From the NCBI GenBank assembly GCA_050182275.1, contig JBFXCK010000002.1, forward strand, positions 2,285 to 66,284: a DNA stretch of 64,000 nt. The letters run 5' to 3'. The DNA is from Dongiaceae bacterium (GTDB lineage Bacteria; Pseudomonadota; Alphaproteobacteria; SHNJ01). The notes below the pieces were generated by a model that had not been told where the DNA came from, ran no database searches, and saw only the letters and a program-made list of their open reading frames with translations. This document shows positions 57,935 through 64,000 of the stretch, in pieces (positions within the stretch are counted from its first letter, which is position 1; every line of letters begins with the position of its first letter). The translations under genes and the position numbers were made by a program.

Positions 57935-58146
57935 GTCGCGCCACCCTTTTGTAACTATATGGAAAATAAAACTAATTTAGTAAAAAAGAAAATGCTCAGC
58001 GGCTAAAAACGGTAATAAAAAGGAAAGACAATTGGCCGGCCCGGTAAATTTTGCCGCCTGTTCTGGGAAAGATTTACCAAAAGTTACCGCGTTTTTTATC
58101 ATGCCGGTGGATCCTGAAACAAATTCAGGATGACATGCCGGAATTT

Positions 58147-58608
58147 TTAGGCGGAAAAAGAAAGATTGGGCGCCGAGGCGGACGATGGCGTGGTTGTGCT
58201 GGCCGGAGCTGTGGCTGGAATGGGGGCAGGGGCCGGCTGGTTTTGCGCGGCTAGTTGCACCCAGGCATCGCGCAAGGGTTCCAGTAATTTAATAACGTCA
58301 AGCGCCGGCTGCGGATCATTTTTGAAATCAACCTGCGGCAAACGGTGCATCATGGTATTGTAAAGCGCATCCAGATTTCTAGCGATGTCGCCGCCGCGTT
58401 CCAAATCCAGCGTGGCCCATAGATGGCTGATAATTTCCATTGCTTTGCTGTTGGCTTTCCAGCGGCCCTCGATGTCGCCGCGTTCAATCGCGGCGATCGC
58501 TTCCTGCAAACAAGAAATGGTTTTTTCATAACACATCGCCACCAGTTTGGCGGGCGATGAGAACATCACTTGCTGTTGGGCATAGGTGTTATGGGGGACC
58601 TTGCTCAC
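58147..58608 (-). CDS. fliS: Flagellar export chaperone FliS, first copy
   Basis: 153 aa with an FliS pattern (LVAMCYEKTISCLQEAIAAIERGDIEGRWKANSKAMEIISHLWATLDLERGGDIARNLDALYNTM) and a Pro/Ala/Thr-rich tail. It lies downstream of fliD. Confidence 0.85.
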   Translation of the reverse strand: MSKVPHNTYAQQQVMFSSPAKLVAMCYEKTISCLQEAIAAIERGDIEGRWKANSKAMEIISHLWATLDLERGGDIARNLDALYNTMMHRLPQVDFKNDPQPALDVIKLLEPLRDAWVQLAAQNQPAPAPIPATAPASTTTPSSASAPNLSFSA

Positions 58609-58619
58609 TTTTTCCTACT

Positions 58620-60746
58620 TTAATTATCTCTTGGTGTTAAAGCTTTTACCGACTGGCTAAGGCTGTCCATAATATTTTTAGCGCGGGATAATGATTGTTC
58701 CATGCGAATGAACTTATCCAGCTGGGTTTGGCGGAATTCCTCCAGACGGATTAGCAGCGTATCGATCCGCTCTTGGGTTTTGGTGTTTAGTTCTTTTAGA
58801 GTGTCGATTTCAGTATCGATAACGCCAGTATCCAGCGCCACCAAGCGGTCCAGCACCGTATAGCCGGTGGCGCCAAAACCGACCGTATAATTCGCCGTCA
58901 TCGAGCCGCTGGCGGCCGAAGTGCCTGAATAAAATAAGGTCATTCCCTTGGCGGGGCCTTTAAGAATAATAAGCGAGCGGCCGTCGGCGCCGATTTGCAC
59001 CGCGCTGGAATCGCCGCCGATTGAAGCCGCAGTAAAAGCGCTGCCATCGAAAGTATAGTCAATGGAAACACCGCTGGCGCTATATTGCATATCGCCGGAA
59101 AAGCCGGTGATATTGAAAAGCGCATTATTGGTGGTGCCGGTAAAGGAAAATAATTTCCGGATATCGGAAGCGTGATTCAACAGCGCCCCATCCAATACGC
59201 CTTCGTCAATTGTAAGCAGATTCTTGAGAAGCGGGTCGCTTACATTTTGGTCATTCCGGAAAACAATCCCGGCTTGGGAAATGGTGCTGAAATCGCTGCT
59301 TACGCCTTTAACCGCTCCGGAAATAAGATTGCCCAGCTGCGCCCGCACATCGGCCAATGCGCGGTCGCCGAATAATATGCCGGTATCCTCGGTCGGCTCG
59401 CCGGTGACGGGATCAACAATGGTTTGTTGATTGATGAATTGAACCAGGTCATTATAGGCTTCAACAAAAGTAGCGATTTGATTCTTTACCGCCGAGAGAT
59501 TTTGTTCAACATCTATTTTAATGTTGGTGCCGCCTTCAGCTTGGAACAGATTCAATGTCACGCCGGAAATCACATCGGTTACTGTATTGCTGCTGCGTTC
59601 TAAAATCGCAGGATCGGTAAAGCTAAAAGCGCTGATAAATCCACCAGTATCATTGGATAAATTAATAGTATCACCACTGCTATCCTTAATAACCAGGCGG
59701 AAACCGCCGGCACCGCCATTGACTTGTTCAACCGTGGCGGTGACATCGACCATGGCCACCGCTGCTGCGGCGTTGATAGCGTTTGCTATGTCGTTGATGC
59801 TGTCGGCATTGTCATAATTGACGGTGAATAAAGGAGTTGCGCTCGAGTCGGTTACTTGAAAACTTTGCGCGCCACCGGTAACTAAACCAGGAGTAAGAGT
59901 TGAAAGGGTGGCCCCTGGGCTATAGAAAATATCCGATTGTTTGCGGCTTAAATCGCGTAAACCATTGGCTGACAGCAAAGCGGTTTGGGCGGCTTGAAGT
60001 TGATTGGCGGGGTTTACTTCGTCGCCAATAATGATTCCTAGCTCATTTAAAGGTGTTGACAGAGAATAAAGAATAGGGGTGCCAGTATCATTGGCGGTTA
60101 CTACCAGGCGGTATTGACCATCCGCTACGGTTAAAATGCTTGCGGTAACGTCAGCGTCCATATTGTTGATGGTATCACGCACATCTTGCAAAGAGGCGGT
60201 GGCATCGATGACGGCGAATTTATTATTGATGCCTAAGTTCCCGCCGGTAAAGCCGATAAGGCCGTTTAGCGCGGCGCTGCTAGAGCTTACAATATTGGAG
60301 GCATCGCGCTCGGCCTTAGCGGTTCGGATAATTTCGACATCATAGCTTCCGGTCAGCGCCGAGTTACTGACTGTAACCCCTAATAAGTTTTCAGCCAGGG
60401 AAGGAGCCTGGCGGTAAGGGTTGGTGATATAAGAATTAGCCCGGCTGCTGCTGGCAAAAGCTTGTTTATTTTCAAAGATGTTATTCTTGCCGCCAACGCT
60501 GATTTTGCCGCGCAGGGCGTCAATACTGTCCCGCAATGCGGCGGCTTTGGAGGATAAATCGGTATAAGCGCGGATTTTATCGCTGTTGGTTTTAACCGTT
60601 TTTTCAAGCCGGTCGATAGGAACGCGCTTGGCGGTCACCAAGCTTTCAACAGCGGATTGAAAATCGATGCCAGAGCCCAACCCCGAAAACGAGGCGCGGC
60701 CATTATTGTCGACAACTAACCGGTTGGTAATGGAAGATGTTGTCAT
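58620..60746 (-). CDS. fliD: Flagellar filament cap protein FliD
   Basis: 708 aa with an N-terminal FliD_N coiled coil (SGIDFQSAVESLVTAKRVPIDRLE) and a C-terminal FliD_C coiled coil. Confidence 0.9.
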   Translation of the reverse strand: MTTSSITNRLVVDNNGRASFSGLGSGIDFQSAVESLVTAKRVPIDRLEKTVKTNSDKIRAYTDLSSKAAALRDSIDALRGKISVGGKNNIFENKQAFASSSRANSYITNPYRQAPSLAENLLGVTVSNSALTGSYDVEIIRTAKAERDASNIVSSSSAALNGLIGFTGGNLGINNKFAVIDATASLQDVRDTINNMDADVTASILTVADGQYRLVVTANDTGTPILYSLSTPLNELGIIIGDEVNPANQLQAAQTALLSANGLRDLSRKQSDIFYSPGATLSTLTPGLVTGGAQSFQVTDSSATPLFTVNYDNADSINDIANAINAAAAVAMVDVTATVEQVNGGAGGFRLVIKDSSGDTINLSNDTGGFISAFSFTDPAILERSSNTVTDVISGVTLNLFQAEGGTNIKIDVEQNLSAVKNQIATFVEAYNDLVQFINQQTIVDPVTGEPTEDTGILFGDRALADVRAQLGNLISGAVKGVSSDFSTISQAGIVFRNDQNVSDPLLKNLLTIDEGVLDGALLNHASDIRKLFSFTGTTNNALFNITGFSGDMQYSASGVSIDYTFDGSAFTAASIGGDSSAVQIGADGRSLIILKGPAKGMTLFYSGTSAASGSMTANYTVGFGATGYTVLDRLVALDTGVIDTEIDTLKELNTKTQERIDTLLIRLEEFRQTQLDKFIRMEQSLSRAKNIMDSLSQSVKALTPRDN

Positions 60747-60817
60747 AATGTCCCATCCTACCTGACAGGTATTAATGGTTTACTAATTACCGGCCGTGGC
60801 AAAAGCTTAAGCGGTTT

Positions 60818-61237
60818 TTACGTCACCACATCGACGCTGGGCACTTCGGCCCGTTCAGCCGCTGGCTTGGGTGCAGGTGCTGGTGCGACCGGCGCAGGGG
60901 CTGGAGCGCTTCCCGCTTTCCGGTTGATTTCAGCAACTTCCAATTTGCGGGCTTCTTCCCGGGCGATAGCGGCAGCTTTGATTTTTTCTTTGGAAGGTAA
61001 GGTTTCTTTAACCCTGCCGTCCTCCAAAGTTTTTAAAACAACTAGGCCTGATTCACGGTCTGGTTCCAGTTGCCGGCGCTCTTGGGGCGTTCTGTCTGCC
61101 TGGTTCGGTTGACGCACAGCTTCTTCTTGCTGACGTGTCCCGGCCGCTTTGGCATTCGCCTCTTCTTGCCGTTGCTGACGCAATTGTGGGAATTCGAATG
61201 GCGGCGGCCCCACACCGCCTGCATTATTAAAGTCCAT
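60818..61237 (-). CDS. flaG: FlaG-like protein
   Basis: 139-aa charged protein between a flagellin gene and fliD. The segment GLVVLKTLEDGRVKETLPSKEKI resembles the FlaG core. Confidence 0.55.
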   Translation of the reverse strand: MDFNNAGGVGPPPFEFPQLRQQRQEEANAKAAGTRQQEEAVRQPNQADRTPQERRQLEPDRESGLVVLKTLEDGRVKETLPSKEKIKAAAIAREEARKLEVAEINRKAGSAPAPAPVAPAPAPKPAAERAEVPSVDVVT

Positions 61238-61267
61238 AGTCCCCTCCCTTGATCCGTACCCTTAACA

Positions 61268-61308
61268 GGCGGAGGAGGATTATTCCTCTCTCCGCCTTTT
61301 ATTTTTTT
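61268..61308 (+). terminator. Strong hairpin with a T-tract only on the plus strand, between two minus-strand genes
   Basis: ggcggaggagga-ttat-tcctc(t)ctccgcc (12 bp, one bulge) followed by ttttattttttt on the plus strand. Read on the minus strand, it is preceded by A-runs and followed by no U-tract. Confidence 0.5.
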
Positions 61309-62545
61309 ACTGGAACAACTTGAGCAAGCTTTGCGGAACTTGGTTGGCTTGGGCCAGCATCGAAATACCGGCTTGAACCAAGATCTGTTTGCTCGTGAAG
61401 TTGGCCATTTCCGAAGCCACGTCGACGTCTAAGTAAGAGGCGCGGGCGGCTTCTAAGTTTTCTAGAATCGTCGCAATGTTGTTTTGCGCGGATTCCAAGC
61501 GGTTCTGAACGGCGCCGACTTCAGCGCGGCTGTTCAATACTAAGTCGATGGCGATGGTCACAGCGGCTGCTGCGGCGTCGGCGCGGACTTGAGTTGTAAT
61601 GTCCGTGTCGATTTGGTTAGCAGCCGAGTTGGTAGTTCTTAAGCCCAAGGCATAGGTGTTGACACCGCGGATAGCCAGCGAAATTTCGTCGTTCGAAGAC
61701 ACGCCGCTGATACCGACTTTGAAAGCGAAGGTTGATAAGCCGGTAGTGGTGTTCGCGCCCACCGAAGCCGTAAAGGTCGTGGTAGCTTGCGATGTAGCGC
61801 CGAAAGAGTTGTTCAGATTGACCACGATATAAGCGTTATCGCCGGCAACCGTGTTGGCGCCCGTACCGAAAGCGTCAACGCGGTACAGACGAACAGCGGT
61901 ACCCGAAGACAATGTGCTGGCGCCCGAAGCGATCAACGAGCTGTCCAACGTACCTTGGTAGCTGCGGCCACCGTTTAGTACGCGGAAAGTGAAGTCGCCC
62001 GAAGAATATTGAATTTGGAAGGCGCTGGAGTTGGTGGCGGGGCTTAACGAAGACAATCCGCCAACTGCAATGTTCATCACCCCTTGGCCGGTGCCGAAGT
62101 TGGTGATCGAGCCAATGCTTTGCGCAGCGTTGACCAGAGTATTGCCGTTGAAAGTGGTGTTGGCGGTCAAGCGGTCGATTTCAGATAACATCGCCGCATA
62201 TTCGGTATTCAACATACCGCGTTCGACAGACGATAACTGAGAAGAACCGGCTTGTGAAGCCAAGGATTTCAAGCGTACGAGAATGTCGTACACGCGGGAA
62301 AGAGTACCTTCAGCGATCTGAAACACGGCCACGCCTTGCTGGGCGTTGGTCGAAACGGTTTTCAGAGCGGAAAGCTGAGATTTGATGCGCGAACCAATGG
62401 CGCCTGCGGCGACGTTATCGGCGAAACGTTCAACAGCCAAACCGGAAGATAACTTCCGCAAGCTGGACGTCATGTCCATATCTGCAATTTTAAGCGAGCG
62501 GTTAGCGATGCTAGACGCTTGGTTTGAAGAAATATTGAGAGACAT
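61307..62545 (-). CDS. Flagellin, class B, copy 2
   Basis: 412 aa. Its flagellin N- and C-domains (LRKLSSGLAVERFADNVAAGAIGSRI ... VGAVQNRLESAQNNI ... QANQVPQSLLKLFQ) are distinct from class A. Confidence 0.96.
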   Translation of the reverse strand: MSLNISSNQASSIANRSLKIADMDMTSSLRKLSSGLAVERFADNVAAGAIGSRIKSQLSALKTVSTNAQQGVAVFQIAEGTLSRVYDILVRLKSLASQAGSSQLSSVERGMLNTEYAAMLSEIDRLTANTTFNGNTLVNAAQSIGSITNFGTGQGVMNIAVGGLSSLSPATNSSAFQIQYSSGDFTFRVLNGGRSYQGTLDSSLIASGASTLSSGTAVRLYRVDAFGTGANTVAGDNAYIVVNLNNSFGATSQATTTFTASVGANTTTGLSTFAFKVGISGVSSNDEISLAIRGVNTYALGLRTTNSAANQIDTDITTQVRADAAAAAVTIAIDLVLNSRAEVGAVQNRLESAQNNIATILENLEAARASYLDVDVASEMANFTSKQILVQAGISMLAQANQVPQSLLKLFQ

Positions 62546-62576
62546 GGTATCCTCCTACGTGGATTGTAAACTCTTT

Positions 62577-62593
62577 GAAGGCATCCTGCCTTC
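62577..62593 (-). promoter_or_regulatory. Conserved 5'-UTR hairpin presenting GGA in the loop (class B flagellin copy 2 leader)
   Basis: In mRNA sense, GAAGGCA-GGA-UGCCUUC sits about 40 nt upstream of the ATG. The SD is AGGAGGA. Confidence 0.5.
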
Positions 62594-62654
62594 TATTGTT
62601 ACTATAACGCACTAACCTCTAATAAACCGTTAACAAACTCATACTCTATATAGA

Positions 62655-62678
62655 GAAGAGCGGTTTTAGCCGCCCTTC
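62655..62678 (-). terminator. Hairpin after class B flagellin copy 1 (weak terminator or stabiliser)
   Basis: On the minus strand, gaagggcgg-ctaaaa-ccgctcttc (9 bp, one G-U), followed by only ucuauaua. Confidence 0.4.
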
Positions 62679-62689
62679 TTATAATTTTC

Positions 62690-63940
62690 TTACTGCTGGA
62701 ACAACTTGAGCAAGCTTTGCGGAACTTGGTTGGCTTGGGCCAGCATCGAAATACCGGCTTGAACCAAGATCTGCTTGCTGGTGAAGTTGGCCATTTCAGT
62801 CGCTACGTCGACGTCTAGGTATGACGCACGGGCAGCTTCTAAGTTTTCTAGAATCGTCGCAATATTGTTTTGCGCGGATTCCAAGCGGTTCTGAACGGCG
62901 CCGACTTCAGCGCGGCTGTTCAATACCAAGTCGATGGCGATGGTGACGGCGGCGGCGGCCGAGTCAGCGCGCACCTGGGTTGTAATGTTGCTGTCCAAAG
63001 CGCCGGTGGTGTCACTGGCGTTACGCAAGCCTAAAGCATAGGTGTTGACACCGCGGATGCCGAGCGAAATTTCATCGTTCGAAGACACGCCGCTGATACC
63101 AACTTTGAAAGCGAAAGTCGATAAGCCGGTTGCCGAAGCCGAGTTAACGCCAACGTTACCCGAAGCCGAACCAATAGCGGCGTTGGGATTGAAAGACTGG
63201 TCAAGGGTCAAAACGATATAAGAGTTATCGCCGGCCACTTGTGAAGCTGCGGTCGAAGTACCCGAAGAGTCAACCCGGAATAAACGAACGGCAGTACCCG
63301 ACACAAGGTTGGTGCCGCCGGTGCCGCCCGATTCCAAAGTGGTTTCCAACGTACCGCGGTAATAGCGGCCGCCGTTGGTGGCGTAAAAGATGTTCGAGGC
63401 CGAACCGGTGGCGAATTCAAGCACCAGGCCGTTAGCCGCAACCGAGCTCAATCCGCCGATTGCAATATTGCGGACACCAGCGGCTGTGCCGAAACCGGTA
63501 ATGGCGCCGGCGCTTTGATTGGCGTTGACCAGGGTATTGCCGTTGAAAGTGGTGTTGGCGGTCAAACGGTCGATTTCAGATAACATCGCCGCATATTCGG
63601 TATTTAACATACCGCGTTCAACAGACGATAATTGAGAAGAACCGGCTTGTGAAGCCAAGGATTTCAAGCGTACTAAGATGTCATAGACGCGGGAAAGAGT
63701 ACCTTCCGCGATTTGGAATACGGCCACGCCTTGCTGGGCGTTGGTCGAAACGGTTTTCAGAGCGGAAAGCTGAGATTTGATGCGCGAACCAATGGCGCCT
63801 GCGGCGACGTTATCGGCGAAACGTTCAACAGCCAAACCGGAAGATAACTTCCGCAAGCTGGAGGTCATGTCCATATCCGCCATCTTAAGCGAGCGGTTGG
63901 CAATGCTTGAAGCTTGATTCGATGAGATGTTTAGTGACAT
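62690..63940 (-). CDS. Flagellin, class B, copy 1
   Basis: 416 aa. The termini are about 90 percent or more identical at DNA level to 61307..62545, and the central domain has diverged. Confidence 0.96.
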   Translation of the reverse strand: MSLNISSNQASSIANRSLKMADMDMTSSLRKLSSGLAVERFADNVAAGAIGSRIKSQLSALKTVSTNAQQGVAVFQIAEGTLSRVYDILVRLKSLASQAGSSQLSSVERGMLNTEYAAMLSEIDRLTANTTFNGNTLVNANQSAGAITGFGTAAGVRNIAIGGLSSVAANGLVLEFATGSASNIFYATNGGRYYRGTLETTLESGGTGGTNLVSGTAVRLFRVDSSGTSTAASQVAGDNSYIVLTLDQSFNPNAAIGSASGNVGVNSASATGLSTFAFKVGISGVSSNDEISLGIRGVNTYALGLRNASDTTGALDSNITTQVRADSAAAAVTIAIDLVLNSRAEVGAVQNRLESAQNNIATILENLEAARASYLDVDVATEMANFTSKQILVQAGISMLAQANQVPQSLLKLFQQ

Positions 63941-63977
63941 TTTTCTGCTCCTACTTGGACCTTTGCTGTTTAGCGGA

Positions 63978-63994
63978 GAAGGCGTCCTGCCTTC
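63978..63994 (-). promoter_or_regulatory. Conserved 5'-UTR hairpin presenting GGA in the loop (class B flagellin copy 1 leader)
   Basis: In mRNA sense, GAAGGC-AGGAC-GCCUUC sits about 46 nt upstream of the ATG. The SD is AGGAG. Confidence 0.5.
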
Positions 63995-64000
63995 TTATCT

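Noticed and set aside
1-64000. A search for CRISPR arrays, transposases, integrases, toxin-antitoxin pairs and known defence-system hallmarks.
   Set aside because: I saw no regularly spaced short direct repeats. No ORF had a DDE, tyrosine or serine recombinase motif, or a nuclease-plus-ATPase combination typical of defence islands. Apart from the loci listed in the findings, the window is dominated by housekeeping and flagellar genes.

Overview
This 64-kb window is chromosomal DNA from an alphaproteobacterium. The evidence is the presence of ctrA and chpT, the tig-clpP-clpX-lon-hupB-tRNA-Val synteny and an nuo operon.

Gene order, left to right:
- clpS-clpA.
- Two tandem, separately terminated genes for giant paralogous proteins (871 and 900 aa) of unknown function.
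- chpT, then tRNA-Leu.
- tig-clpP-clpX-lon-hupB, then tRNA-Val.
- A small patch of hypothetical genes.
- rarA, flanked by two paralogous atypical receiver-like genes.
- tRNA-Asp, then an orphan solute-binding protein gene.
- nuoABCDEF, an extra small membrane ORF, then nuoGHI. The operon stops at nuoI, and nuoJ-N are not in the window.
- A convergent three-gene operon encoding a REC-HPt regulator, an ABC protein with a degenerate nucleotide-binding domain, and an HlyD-type membrane fusion protein.
- cutA, rplM-rpsI, a gamma-carbonic-anhydrase-like gene and ctrA.
- About 27 kb of flagellar genes: fliIJ; a ten-gene operon fliF-fliG-fliH-fliN-motA-flbD-flhA-flhF-flhG plus a FliK-like gene; fliK-flgD-flgE; and two flagellin classes of two genes each, each class followed by its own fliS, with flaG and fliD in the second.

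I found no transposase, integrase, CRISPR array or recognisable defence genes.

The most unusual content:
1. The tandem giant paralogues. They have a pseudopilin/PilX-like N-terminus, a five-fold F-R-x-L-x-x-G-x-G repeat array, Cys-bracketed motifs and a shared Cys-rich C-terminal domain.
2. The REC-HPt / degenerate-ABC / MFP operon abutting nuoI.
3. Readable flagellar regulatory wiring: TTAA(C) motifs at ctrA and a TTAA-N7-TTAA box at the fliF operon, two sigma-54-type promoters with upstream dyads, and a conserved GGA hairpin in two flagellin leaders.
4. Two families of intergenic hairpin repeats.

All family assignments come from reading the translated ORFs and recalling motifs. No database search was run.
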